Source of the DNA: Candidatus Lustribacter sp.
GTDB lineage: Bacteria; Vulcanimicrobiota; Vulcanimicrobiia; Vulcanimicrobiales; Vulcanimicrobiaceae
Reading direction: 5' to 3'
NCBI GenBank assembly: GCA_965277805.1
Contig: OZ255842.1
Coordinates: 4,064,001 to 4,128,000, forward strand
DNA length: 64,000 nucleotides
This document shows, piece by piece, positions 18,131 through 27,784 of this stretch (position 1 is the first letter of the stretch; every line of letters starts with the position of its first letter). The notes beneath the pieces are model-generated. The model ran no database searches, was not told the origin of the DNA, and saw only the letters and a list, made by a program, of their open reading frames with translations. A program made the translations under genes and the position numbers.

Positions 18131-21100
18131 CTAGCCCTCGGTGAGGGCTTCGCGGATGATGCGCTCTTGCTCGACCGCGTGCGCGCCCGGATAGCCTTCG
18201 GAGGGGCTAGCGCGGTACGAGCGGCCGATGTAGCCGAGGTCGCCGAACTTCTTCGGTAGACGTTCGACCACGCGGCGGCGGACGTGCGCCCGCGCGCCCA
18301 TGTTCTTCGGCTCTTCCTGAACCCAATGGACCGACTTGAGATTCGGGTACGTCGTGGTCAGGAGTTCGAGGATCGCATCCGCCGGCAACGGCGAGAGCAG
18401 CTCGACGCGCGCGATGGCGGTCTTGGTCGCCTTCGGGTAGAGTGCGCTCGAGGTGAGATCGTAGTAGATCTTGCCCGAGCAGAGCAGCAGACGTTCCACC
18501 GACTTACGATCCTCGGCATTGGTGTAGCGCGGGTCGTCGATCAACGCATGGAACGCTCCGTCGACGAGTTCGTCCAGCGTGCCGTAGGCAGCGCGGTTGC
18601 GTAGCAGCGATTTCGGCGTCATGATGACGAGCGGGAAGGCTTCCTCGGCCTTCGCTTGGGCGCGCAGCAAGTGGAAGTACTGCGCGGCCGTCGAGCAGTT
18701 CGCAACGCGAATGTTGCCTTCGGCCGACAGCGAGAGCCAGCGCTCGAGACGGGCGCTCGAATGTTCCGGTCCCGCACCTTCATAGCCGTGCGGCAGCAGC
18801 ATGGTGAGACGCGTCGTTTCGCCCCACTTCGCCGCACCGGCGGAGATGAACTGATCGATGATAATCTGCGCACCGTTGTTGAAGTCGCCGAACTGCGCTT
18901 CCCACAACACCAGCGCTTCCGGCGCTTCGGTCGAGTAGCCGTACTCGAAGCCCAGGCACGCGTACTCGGAGAGCGGCGAGTTGTGGATTTCGAACGAGGC
19001 CTTCGCCGCCGGCAGATGCTGAAGCGGGATGTACTTCTCGTTGGTGTTCGCGTCGTGCAGCGCCGCGTGGCGGTGGCTGAACGTTCCGCGCTCGGAATCT
19101 TGTCCGGTCAGGCGGATCGGCGTGCCTTCGCTGAGCAGCGCGGCGAAGGCCAGCGCTTCGGCCAAGCCCCAGTCGACTTCGCCTTCGAGTTGCAGCGCCG
19201 ATTTGCGCTTGGCGAACTGCGCGGTGAGTTTTTTGCTCGGCGTGAAGCCGTCGGGCGTCGCCACGACCGCTTCCGACCACGCGAGCAACTTCGCGCGTTC
19301 GACGCCGGTCTCGATCGCCGCAGCGCGCGTGCCGCCCTTGGATTTCTGCGTGATGAGCTTCTTCGCGCCGTGTTCTTCCTTGACGTTGCGATGCGCCTCG
19401 GTGATGCGCGCCGTCGCGGCCTCTTGCATCGCCGTGACTTGCTCGCTCGTCAGCACGCCCTGCGCGACCAGCCGGGCAGCGAACAGCTCGCGCACGGTCG
19501 GATGCGTCTTGATGGTTTCATACATCAGCGGCTGGGTGTATGCGGGCTCGTCCTGCTCGTTGTGTCCGAAGCGGCGATAGCCGATCAGGTCGATGAGCAC
19601 ATCGCGGCCGAACTTGCGGCGGAAATCAATCGCCAGATGCACCGAGGCAATGCACATTTCGACGTCGTCGGCGTTGACGTGCACGATCGGCAGATCGTAG
19701 CCCTTCGCCAAGTCCGAAGCGTAGCGCGTCGAGCGGCCTTCCATCGGATCGGTGGTGAAGCCGATCTGGTTGTTCGAAATGATGTGGATCGTGCCGCCGG
19801 TGGCGTAGCCCGCAATCGCTTGCAGGTTGAGCACTTCGGCGACCACGCCTTGCGCCGCGAATGCCGCGTCGCCGTGGATGAGGATCGGGGCGGCGATCTG
19901 CGCGTCGAACCTCGCGATATTGTTGCTGCGATCGGTTTGCAGGCAGCGCGTCATGCCTTCGACGACGCCGTCGACCGCTTCGAGGTGCGACGGGTTGTTC
20001 GCCAGCTCGACCGTGATCTTCGTGCCGATCGGCGTGACGTAGGTGCCTTCGGCGCCGTGATGGTACTTGACGTCGCCGGTAACGTCGACTTCGTCGAGAT
20101 CCGGTTCGGCCGTCTTCATCGCGCCGGCTTCGAACTCGGCCAGCAGTTCTTCGTATGGACGGTTGACGACGTGCGCGATGGCGGAGAGGCGGCCGCGATG
20201 CGCCATGCCGAGGACGGCGGTTTGCGTGCCGTCTTCCGCCAGCATCGAGATCGTCTCTTCGAGCATCGGAATCATCACGTCCAGACCTTCGATCGAGAAG
20301 GTCTTCTGCGACATGAACTGTTTACGGAAGTAGCGCTCCATCGTCTCGACCTTGGTGAGACGCTGGAGAATTTGAACTTTGCGCTGCGGCGTGAGTTCGC
20401 GGCGGTGCATCGAGCCTTCGATGTACTCGCGCAGCCACTCACGCTGTTCGACGTTAGAGATGTGCTCGATCTCGTAGGAGATCGTGCCGCTGTAAACATT
20501 GCGCAGGTTCGGCAGCACCTCGGCGAGCGTGTCGCCGGGCACCTTCACGCGCAGCACTGTTGCCGGCACCGCGTTCATCATCGCCGGGGTGAGCTTGTAG
20601 GTGTTGGTGTCGAGCGACGGATCGCCGGGCGGCGGCGAGCCGAGCGGATCGAGCGACGCCGCAAGATGGCCGTGACGGCGATAGGCCGACACGATCGCCG
20701 AGCCCGCCGCGATGCCGCGCAGCATCTCTTCCGACGGCATGCCGGCGAGTTCGCCCGACGTGCTGCTGGGCGCGCGCGGCGGCGCAAACGTTTGCGCGCC
20801 GGCGTTCGCGTTCGCGTTGACGGCATCGCCGCGGACGCTCGCCGTGAGACCGAAGTCCGCGAAGACGTTCTCGTAGAAGTTGGCGGCGCCGTTAAGGAAC
20901 TCGTCGATGCGCTTGAGGAACTCGCCCGACGCCGCACCTTGGATGATGCGGTGGTCGTAGGTCGAGGTCATCGTCATAACTTTTTCGATCGACAGCGATT
21001 TGAGCGTCGAGTCGGGCGCGTGCGAGAAGCCCGGCGGATATGCGATCGCGCCGGCCGCAACGATCGTGCCTTGGCCGATCATCAAACGCGGCACGGATGC

Positions 21101-22198
21101 GATCGTGCCGATACCGCCGGGATTGGTCAGCGTGAACGTGGCGCCGGTCTGTTCTTCAACCGTGAGTTTGTTGTCGCGCGCTTTGGCCACGAGATCTTCG
21201 TAGGCGGCGCGGAATTGTACGAAGTTGATGCCGGCTGCGTTCTTGATCACCGGCACGACGAGCGTGCGCGAACCGTCTTTGCGTTGCGAATCGACGGCCA
21301 GACCGAGGTTAATGCCGGCCTCGACGCGCTGCGGTTTGCCGCCCTCGCGGCGGAACGACGCGCACATTCCGGGCTGTTCTTTCGCTGCTTGCGCGATGGC
21401 AAACGCGATCAGATGCGTGAACGAGATCTTCTCGCTGCGGCCCGCGCCCTTGAGCGCCGAGTTGAGTTCGGCGCGGCGCAGTTCGAGCGTGCCGACCGAG
21501 AGCGTGCGGAACGACGTGGCCGTCGGGATCGACGTGCTCTGGTCCATGTAGCTGGCCAGCGTCGCGGCCGAGCCTTTGATGTCGGTAACCTTCGTTTCGG
21601 CCGTCACCGGCGGATACGCGATCGCGGCGGCGCCGTTGGTCTTCGCCGCGCCGTTCGCTGCGGCAGGCTTCAAAGTGCCGGCGGCCATCGCGGCATCAAC
21701 GTCTTCGCGCAGGATCAGCCCGTCGGGCCCGGTGCCCTTGACGCCGGAGAGGTCGAGGCTGAAACGATCGGCGAGCCGCCGGGCATGGTGCGAGACGGTT
21801 TTGGAGAGGGCGCCCGTACCGGCGCTGTTCTTCTCGGGCGGCGGCGCGGCCGAGCCGGCCTCGCCGTACGACGCCGGAGTGACCAAGGTGGGTTCGGAGC
21901 CGGCCGGCTTCGGCGCCGGGGCCGCCGCGGCGGCACCCTCGGGCTTGGCGGCAGTGGTGTCGATCTCGATCAGTACCGAGCCGACCGCGATCGTGTCGCC
22001 CTCAGCACCGTGCAGCGCCGTAATTACGCCCGAGGCCGTGGAGGGCACCTCGACGTCGACCTTATCGGTCGTGACGTCGACGATGGTCTCGCCCTCATCG
22101 ACCCATTGACCGACCTTCTTTCGCCACTCGACAATCGAGCCTTCGGTGACCGACTCTCCCATCTCCGGAAGGGTCACCTTTACTAGGGAATCGAGCAC
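18131..22198 (-). CDS. kgd: Multifunctional 2-oxoglutarate dehydrogenase: lipoyl-PSBD-E2-E1 fusion
   Basis: TTDKV lipoyl motif; ARRLA...V.GTG.DG.I...DV PSBD; YDHRIIQG E2 site; GMAHRGR, HGDAAF...NNQIGFTT, WEAQFGDF, GPEHSSAR E1o motifs. Confidence 0.95.
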   Translation of the reverse strand: MLDSLVKVTLPEMGESVTEGSIVEWRKKVGQWVDEGETIVDVTTDKVDVEVPSTASGVITALHGAEGDTIAVGSVLIEIDTTAAKPEGAAAAAPAPKPAGSEPTLVTPASYGEAGSAAPPPEKNSAGTGALSKTVSHHARRLADRFSLDLSGVKGTGPDGLILREDVDAAMAAGTLKPAAANGAAKTNGAAAIAYPPVTAETKVTDIKGSAATLASYMDQSTSIPTATSFRTLSVGTLELRRAELNSALKGAGRSEKISFTHLIAFAIAQAAKEQPGMCASFRREGGKPQRVEAGINLGLAVDSQRKDGSRTLVVPVIKNAAGINFVQFRAAYEDLVAKARDNKLTVEEQTGATFTLTNPGGIGTIASVPRLMIGQGTIVAAGAIAYPPGFSHAPDSTLKSLSIEKVMTMTSTYDHRIIQGAASGEFLKRIDEFLNGAANFYENVFADFGLTASVRGDAVNANANAGAQTFAPPRAPSSTSGELAGMPSEEMLRGIAAGSAIVSAYRRHGHLAASLDPLGSPPPGDPSLDTNTYKLTPAMMNAVPATVLRVKVPGDTLAEVLPNLRNVYSGTISYEIEHISNVEQREWLREYIEGSMHRRELTPQRKVQILQRLTKVETMERYFRKQFMSQKTFSIEGLDVMIPMLEETISMLAEDGTQTAVLGMAHRGRLSAIAHVVNRPYEELLAEFEAGAMKTAEPDLDEVDVTGDVKYHHGAEGTYVTPIGTKITVELANNPSHLEAVDGVVEGMTRCLQTDRSNNIARFDAQIAAPILIHGDAAFAAQGVVAEVLNLQAIAGYATGGTIHIISNNQIGFTTDPMEGRSTRYASDLAKGYDLPIVHVNADDVEMCIASVHLAIDFRRKFGRDVLIDLIGYRRFGHNEQDEPAYTQPLMYETIKTHPTVRELFAARLVAQGVLTSEQVTAMQEAATARITEAHRNVKEEHGAKKLITQKSKGGTRAAAIETGVERAKLLAWSEAVVATPDGFTPSKKLTAQFAKRKSALQLEGEVDWGLAEALAFAALLSEGTPIRLTGQDSERGTFSHRHAALHDANTNEKYIPLQHLPAAKASFEIHNSPLSEYACLGFEYGYSTEAPEALVLWEAQFGDFNNGAQIIIDQFISAGAAKWGETTRLTMLLPHGYEGAGPEHSSARLERWLSLSAEGNIRVANCSTAAQYFHLLRAQAKAEEAFPLVIMTPKSLLRNRAAYGTLDELVDGAFHALIDDPRYTNAEDRKSVERLLLCSGKIYYDLTSSALYPKATKTAIARVELLSPLPADAILELLTTTYPNLKSVHWVQEEPKNMGARAHVRRRVVERLPKKFGDLGYIGRSYRASPSEGYPGAHAVEQERIIREALTEG

Positions 22199-22313
22199 GC
22201 GCTGTCCACTCCATTTGCGATCTTTGAGGTACGAGTAATTTTGCGGTTATCGAGATTATCTGCCTGCACTACAACCAAAGAAACGACAAAAGCGAGGCAC
22301 TTGTCCTTGGGGA

Positions 22314-22799
22314 CTAAAAGTGTGCGCTTGCTTCCTTCGGCACCGCTAGCCGCCGGATGTCCGCGGCACGGCCGGGCCAGCCGGCAATGAGCGGTTCGGC
22401 GTAGCCGCCCGTGAAGCACGCCGGAGTGAAGCCCGGCGCCATCGTGCAGCCGAACAGGGCGTACCGCCCGCCCGCGAGCAACTCGCCGGCCTGCCAGGTG
22501 CCGGCCGGAACCGTGAACTGCACGGCGTGACCGGCGGCCGGATCCGGTCCCATGACGACGTCGCGATCGGCGCCGCCGGGTTCGAGCAGGATCAGCCGGA
22601 ACGGATCGCCCGCGTAAAAGTGCCACACCTCATCCTGCGTGAGGACGTGAAAGAGCGAACGGCTCGGCGGATCGGCGGCATAGAGCGCGACGATCGCCGT
22701 CGATGCGCTCGAGCGATACGTTTCGGCAAACAGCGTGCCCTCGACCGGCAACGGCTGCAGATCGAATCGTTCGATCAGCGCGCGTACTTCGGGTTCCAC
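22314..22799 (-). CDS. Cupin_5/DUF985 family protein
   Basis: EG..F.ETY, DEVWHFYAG, VPAGTWQA, CTMAPGF motifs. Confidence 0.88.
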   Translation of the reverse strand: MEPEVRALIERFDLQPLPVEGTLFAETYRSSASTAIVALYAADPPSRSLFHVLTQDEVWHFYAGDPFRLILLEPGGADRDVVMGPDPAAGHAVQFTVPAGTWQAGELLAGGRYALFGCTMAPGFTPACFTGGYAEPLIAGWPGRAADIRRLAVPKEASAHF

Positions 22800-22832
22800 A
22801 GGACGCTGCTTGGATCAAACGGTAACCGTCCC

Positions 22833-23606
22833 ATGGTGATCGCACCGGAAATCGCCGCACTGCTCGACCTGCGCGAGCGCGCCGTTCTCGTAACCGGTTC
22901 GAGCAGCGGCATCGGCGCCGGCATCGCGCGGCGTCTCCACGCCGCCGGCGCGCGCGTCGCCGTGCACTACGCGACCGCGCGCGTCGCCGCAGAAATGCTG
23001 GCGGGTGAACTCGGCGAACGCGCCTGTGTCGTGCACGGCGACGTCGAACGCGACGCGGAGCGCTTATGCACGGATGTGATCGCGGCGTTCGGCGGGCTCG
23101 ACGCGGTGGTGAACAACGCCGGCATTCAGCCGGTGAATGCGCTGATCGATCTGAGCGCGGACGACGTGCGCGAGATGCTGCGCGTGAACGTGGAAGGCAC
23201 GATTGCGCTGACGCACGCTGCGGCGAAGCACATGATTGCGCGCGGCGACGGGGGCGCAATCGTCAACATCGCCTCGATCGAAGGCCTGCAGCCGGCACCG
23301 GGACACAGCCACTACGCGGCATCGAAGGCGGCGGTGCTGATGCACACGCGCGCGGCGGCCCTCGAACTCGGACCGCGGCACATTCGCGTGAACGCGGTTG
23401 CGCCGGGCCTGATCGACGCTGCCGGTCTCGCGGAGGCGTGGCCCGACGGCGTGAACCGCTGGCTCGGCGCGTGTCCGCTCGAACGTCTCGGATCGACCGA
23501 AGACGTGGGCGACGCCGTGCTCTTTCTGCTGTCGGATGCGGCGCGCTGGATCACCGGCGCAACGCTCGTGGTCGACGGCGGCATGCTCGCGCGCCCAACC
23601 TGGTAG
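22833..23606 (+). CDS. SDR oxidoreductase
   Basis: TGSSSGIG, NNAG, YAASK motifs. Confidence 0.92.
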   Translation: MVIAPEIAALLDLRERAVLVTGSSSGIGAGIARRLHAAGARVAVHYATARVAAEMLAGELGERACVVHGDVERDAERLCTDVIAAFGGLDAVVNNAGIQPVNALIDLSADDVREMLRVNVEGTIALTHAAAKHMIARGDGGAIVNIASIEGLQPAPGHSHYAASKAAVLMHTRAAALELGPRHIRVNAVAPGLIDAAGLAEAWPDGVNRWLGACPLERLGSTEDVGDAVLFLLSDAARWITGATLVVDGGMLARPTW

Positions 23607-23609
23607 GAC

Positions 23610-24377
23610 CTAGCGCATTACTGCGCCGCCGTCGACGACCAGCGTCTGGCCGGTGATGAAGTCGCTATCGGGTGAGGCGAAGAACGCCACGGCGCCGGCA
23701 AGGTCTTCCGGTTTTTGCACGCGCTTGAGCGCACGGCTCCCGGCGGCCGACGTACGCATGGCGAGTACGGCGTCATCCGGCTCTTCTTCACTCAGCGTGC
23801 TTCCCGGTGCGATGCAGTTGACGCAGATGCTGTATTGACCGAGTTCGGTTGCGAGCGTGCGCGTGAAACCGACGATGGCGGCTTTTGAAGTGACGTAGTG
23901 GATGCGCGTGCCCGTGCGCTCCCAAACGGTGCCCGAACCGATGTTGATGATCTTACCGTAGCCTTGTTCTTTCATATGCGGAACGACGGCGCGGCAAGCC
24001 AGCCATACTCCGCGGACGTTGACGTCCATCAAGCGGTCCCATTCGTCTTCGGAGATTTCGTCGAACGGAACACGCGACATCGGCACGACCGAGAACATCG
24101 CCGCGTTATTGACGAGGACGTCGATCCGTCCGAACGCGTCGATCGCGCTCTTCGCCAACGCGTCGTTGCCGGCGGCCGTCGACACATCGGCCGCCACCGC
24201 GATCGCCTCGATCCCCGCCGCAGCGCACTCCCCGCTCACGCTTTTCGCGGCGGCGCCGTCGATGTCGGCGACCACGAGTCTCGCGCCTTCAGAACCGAGT
24301 CGAAGCGCATACGCTTTACCGATCCCATGGCCGCTGCCGGTGACGATCGCTACACGGCCGTCAAGTCGTCTGCTCAC
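23610..24377 (-). CDS. SDR oxidoreductase
   Basis: TGSGHGIG, NNAA, YVTSK motifs. Confidence 0.92.
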   Translation of the reverse strand: MSRRLDGRVAIVTGSGHGIGKAYALRLGSEGARLVVADIDGAAAKSVSGECAAAGIEAIAVAADVSTAAGNDALAKSAIDAFGRIDVLVNNAAMFSVVPMSRVPFDEISEDEWDRLMDVNVRGVWLACRAVVPHMKEQGYGKIINIGSGTVWERTGTRIHYVTSKAAIVGFTRTLATELGQYSICVNCIAPGSTLSEEEPDDAVLAMRTSAAGSRALKRVQKPEDLAGAVAFFASPDSDFITGQTLVVDGGAVMR

Positions 24378-24383
24378 CGCGGC

Positions 24384-25355
24384 TCAACGGCCTCGCGACA
24401 AGACGACGGTCGATCCGAGCACGCCGCTGAGATCGAAGTGCTGATCGATGACGCCGGACTTGTACGCGAAATCGAGCGGTCCCTGAAAGTCGGCCGCGGT
24501 CACGGTCTCCGCGGTCGTGGAGCGGATGCCGCGTCCGAGCACCGCTGCGTCTTGGCCCGAAAAGGCGGCGACGAGATCGGTCGTTGCGGCCTGATTGGCA
24601 TTCGTAAACTTCGCTGCCTCGAGGAGCCCGGCCGTGAACGCCTTTACCGTATCGGGATTTTTTGCGATGTAATCGGCCGTCGCAACCCAGCATGAGAGCG
24701 CGAAACGCGATGCGACCGCATCGTAGGGCGTACCGAGCTCACGGTACTTGCCGGTTTCGAGCGCGACGGTGAGATATGGCGGCTTGAGCAGCACCGCGTC
24801 GATACGGCCCGCGTCGAGCGCAGCAAGTTGTTCCGTTTGCTTCAACTCGACCGAGCGCAGCGACTTGCCGTCGCCGCCCTTTTGATCGAGCCACGAGCGA
24901 ATCGCCATGACCGAGATGTCTTTCGCGGAATCGCCGCCGAGGATCTTGCCGTTGAGATCGCGCGGCGTTTTGATCGGCCCGTCTTTCGCCACCAGCAGAA
25001 AGCCGTCGGGATGATCGGCGCGATAGAGCGACGCCGGCGCGATGATACGCAGCGGTACGCCGTGCGCGTACGCTTCGTAGACCGGCCACAAACTGCCCGA
25101 TCCGAAATCGGCCGAGCCGCCGACGACGGCGGCATAGATCGCGGAGCCGCTGCCGATCGCCACGATGTTCGCATCGATCCCGCGCTTGCGGAAGAGCCCG
25201 GCTTTCTCCGCATATAACACCGACTTCGCGCCGTCGGTCGGAACCTCGAGCACGCGAACGGTTTTGAGTTCGTCCGCGGCCGCGCGCTGCGCGTTGACGG
25301 CAACGCCCAGCGACGTGAGCGCGGAGAGTCGAATGAAGTCACGGCGGTGCAGCAT
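24384..25355 (-). CDS. ABC substrate-binding protein (NMT1/SsuA type), Tat-like signal
   Basis: HRRDFI N-terminus; GLFRKRGID and DLNGK motifs. Confidence 0.87.
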   Translation of the reverse strand: MLHRRDFIRLSALTSLGVAVNAQRAAADELKTVRVLEVPTDGAKSVLYAEKAGLFRKRGIDANIVAIGSGSAIYAAVVGGSADFGSGSLWPVYEAYAHGVPLRIIAPASLYRADHPDGFLLVAKDGPIKTPRDLNGKILGGDSAKDISVMAIRSWLDQKGGDGKSLRSVELKQTEQLAALDAGRIDAVLLKPPYLTVALETGKYRELGTPYDAVASRFALSCWVATADYIAKNPDTVKAFTAGLLEAAKFTNANQAATTDLVAAFSGQDAAVLGRGIRSTTAETVTAADFQGPLDFAYKSGVIDQHFDLSGVLGSTVVLSRGR

Positions 25356-25358
25356 ACG

Positions 25359-26081
25359 CTACGGCGCCTTCTTCGAGGCCGGGTCTTTCCCCGCGTCGAC
25401 CAAGGCCGCGAACAGCGCCGCGCTCGTGCCGGAATCGAGCGCGACGGTCGACTCCGGATGCCACTGCACCGCGAGCCAAAACTGCGGCGCCTCGATCAGC
25501 TCGAGCGCCTCGATCACGCCGTCCGGCGCGCGCGCAACGACGCGCAGGTCGTCCGCGACGCGATCGACGGCCTGATGGTGGCGCGAGCCGGTGATCAGCG
25601 CGTCACCGGCGATGCGCGCGAGCCGCGACCGGGCGGAGATCGTCAGGCGATGCTCGTCGATCAGTCCACGATAGATGCGGCCGTCTTCCGGACGGCTGTG
25701 CGCCACGCTCGCGCCGTACACGTCGGGGACGTGCTGGTGCAGTGTGCCGCCGAGCGCGACGTTCGCAACTTGCAGTCCGCGGCAAATCGCGAGCACCGGT
25801 AGTTGCCGCTCGAGCGCGGCATGCATGAGCGCGAGTTCGTAGTCGTCGCGCGCGGCGGACGCGGTTTCCGTCTGCGCGTGCCGCGCAGCGCCGTAGTGCG
25901 CCGGATCGATGTCTTCGCCGCCCGAGAAGATGATGGCATCGAAGCCGGCGACGTCGGCGGCGACGCGCGTAGCGTCGGGCATCAGTCGGACCGGCTCACC
26001 GCCCGCTTGCCGGACCGCTTCTTCGTATTCGGTTACATCATAATCCGGATCGGCGGTAATGCCGATCCGCGGCGTGCTCAC
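25359..26081 (-). CDS. Peptidase C26 / gamma-glutamyl-GABA hydrolase (PuuD-like)
   Basis: SGGEDIDP, AICRGLQ, HHQ, VQWHPE motifs. Confidence 0.9.
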   Translation of the reverse strand: MSTPRIGITADPDYDVTEYEEAVRQAGGEPVRLMPDATRVAADVAGFDAIIFSGGEDIDPAHYGAARHAQTETASAARDDYELALMHAALERQLPVLAICRGLQVANVALGGTLHQHVPDVYGASVAHSRPEDGRIYRGLIDEHRLTISARSRLARIAGDALITGSRHHQAVDRVADDLRVVARAPDGVIEALELIEAPQFWLAVQWHPESTVALDSGTSAALFAALVDAGKDPASKKAP

Positions 26082-26851
26082 ACATTCAGATAGCGGACGA
26101 GAAACGCCAGGACCTTTCGCGCGGCGTCGGCAGCGGCAGCCGCATCGTAGCGAATGGGTTGGCCGAAGAACATGCGATCGGGTCCCGGCACATCGAAACC
26201 GTGCGTCGCGCCCGGATATGTCGTGATCGTCTCGTTTTTCCCGGCTGCCGTGCCTTTGTTCACCATCGCGACGCACGGCGCCGGCGGGGTAACGGTGTCG
26301 GCGCTGCCGTCGAAGATCGCAAGCGGGACGTTATCGAGATCGCCGCTCTCCTCGCACGACGGGTAGTAGATCGCGGCCGCGCGCAAGCCGGCCGGCGGCG
26401 GCGCGCCGTGCGCATCGATCAGCTTCAGCGCCGCGTCGGCGCCCATCGAGAAACCGACGACGCCCAGGCGATCCGCGGCGACATACGGCTGCGTGCGCAA
26501 CCACGCGAGCGTCGCGCGAGCCGCGCCGGCTTCGTCGCCGTCGGAATTGCCGGTGCATGCGGTCTGCATCTTGTGCGGGGCGAGCGCATCGAGTGCGACG
26601 CCGACGTAACCGCGCGCCGCAAGACGGTCGGCGGCGACGGCCAGGAAGCCGTTGAATCCGACGCACCCGTGCAGCAGCAAGACGGCCGGAAACGGACCGT
26701 TACCTTCCGGCCGCACAACGTAGACGGGGATCGCGGGCGTATCGCGCGTCGCCGGGACCGAAAGCATATTGGCGGCCTGCGAGGGAACCGCCGGGACCAG
26801 GAACGAGACGAGCGCCAGAGCGCCCGCAAGGAGCTGAAAAATGCGTGCCAT
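26078..26851 (-). CDS. Exported dienelactone hydrolase family alpha/beta hydrolase
   Basis: Signal peptide; LHGC, GFSMG, D..., YPGATHGFD motifs. Confidence 0.87.
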   Translation of the reverse strand: MARIFQLLAGALALVSFLVPAVPSQAANMLSVPATRDTPAIPVYVVRPEGNGPFPAVLLLHGCVGFNGFLAVAADRLAARGYVGVALDALAPHKMQTACTGNSDGDEAGAARATLAWLRTQPYVAADRLGVVGFSMGADAALKLIDAHGAPPPAGLRAAAIYYPSCEESGDLDNVPLAIFDGSADTVTPPAPCVAMVNKGTAAGKNETITTYPGATHGFDVPGPDRMFFGQPIRYDAAAAADAARKVLAFLVRYLNV

Positions 26852-26860
26852 GGCGGGAAT

Positions 26861-26883
26861 ATTACTACGCACTGCGTATTAAT
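26861..26883. promoter_or_regulatory. Palindromic operator, probably for the adjacent MarR
   Basis: ATTACTACGCA-C-TGCGTATTAAT, 11-bp arms with one mismatch, in a 37-bp divergent gap. Confidence 0.7.
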
Positions 26884-26888
26884 GCAAG

Positions 26889-27716
26889 ATGCCTCCCAAA
26901 CGGCTGGTCTCCGACGCCGCCCTCTTGCGCAGCGCGGTCTCCGGCCTGCAGCGGCGTTTGCGCGCGCAAGACGACACCGATAACGTCAGCCCGACGGGCC
27001 TGAGTATCTTGGGCCGTCTGCTGCGTACCGGCGTCGCCAACGCGACGGAGATCGCAGAGCTCGAACATTTGCAGCCGCAGTCGCTCACGCGCGCGCTCAA
27101 GAGCCTCCACGACGACGGGTTGATCGACCGCTGGATCGATGAAGATGACCGCCGCCGCACGTCGCTCGCCATCACGCCCAAAGGCGAGGCGTTGCTGCGT
27201 GAGACGATCCGTAAACGCATCGCCTGGCTCGCGCGCGTGATGGAATCGCGCCTCACGCCGGACCAACGCGACACGATTCGCGCTGCGGCCCTGCTGATGG
27301 AACGAATTACCGGCGGAGCCGATCCCGCGCGACCGTCCGACGCACTTTTCAACCTGATCCCCACCACGCACGTAGCCGACGTTGCGGAATCGCTGCGCTT
27401 CTACGAACGCCTCGGCTTCGTCGAAGACGGACGCTTCGAGGACAACGGCGCGCTGACGTGGGCATCGATGCACGCGCGCAGCGTGCGCGCCGCCCGCATC
27501 ATGTTCGAACGCTCGCTCGGTCCGGTCGATCCCGACGCGCAAGCCGTGTATTTCTATTGCTGGAGCGACGATCTCACCGCACTGCACGCGCGCCTCACCG
27601 AAGACGGCCTCGCGCCGAGCCCCATCACCCACCCGCCCCACATGCGTGACGGCGAGTTCCGCCTCACCGATCCCGACGGTTACCAGCTCGTCATCGGACA
27701 GCCCCGCAGACGATAG
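26889..27716 (+). CDS. MarR regulator fused to a VOC/glyoxalase domain
   Basis: wHTH with DEDDRR..SL.IT.KG; C-terminal SLRFYERLGF...EFRLTDPDGY. Confidence 0.85.
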   Translation: MPPKRLVSDAALLRSAVSGLQRRLRAQDDTDNVSPTGLSILGRLLRTGVANATEIAELEHLQPQSLTRALKSLHDDGLIDRWIDEDDRRRTSLAITPKGEALLRETIRKRIAWLARVMESRLTPDQRDTIRAAALLMERITGGADPARPSDALFNLIPTTHVADVAESLRFYERLGFVEDGRFEDNGALTWASMHARSVRAARIMFERSLGPVDPDAQAVYFYCWSDDLTALHARLTEDGLAPSPITHPPHMRDGEFRLTDPDGYQLVIGQPRRR

Positions 27717-27733
27717 TACGGATGCCGGCTGTG

Positions 27734-27754
27734 CCTCGATAAGCTCGGGATGAC
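27734..27754. repeat. REP-like element
   Basis: CCTCGATAAGCTCGGGATGAC, intergenic. Confidence 0.7.
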
Positions 27755-27784
27755 TATCGGGGGCGGCGCCGGAAGTCGCGCGGC

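Noticed and set aside
18656-22186. 1176-aa plus-strand ORF antisense to kgd
   Set aside because: Shadow ORF caused by high-GC codon bias; Arg/Val/His-rich with no motifs.
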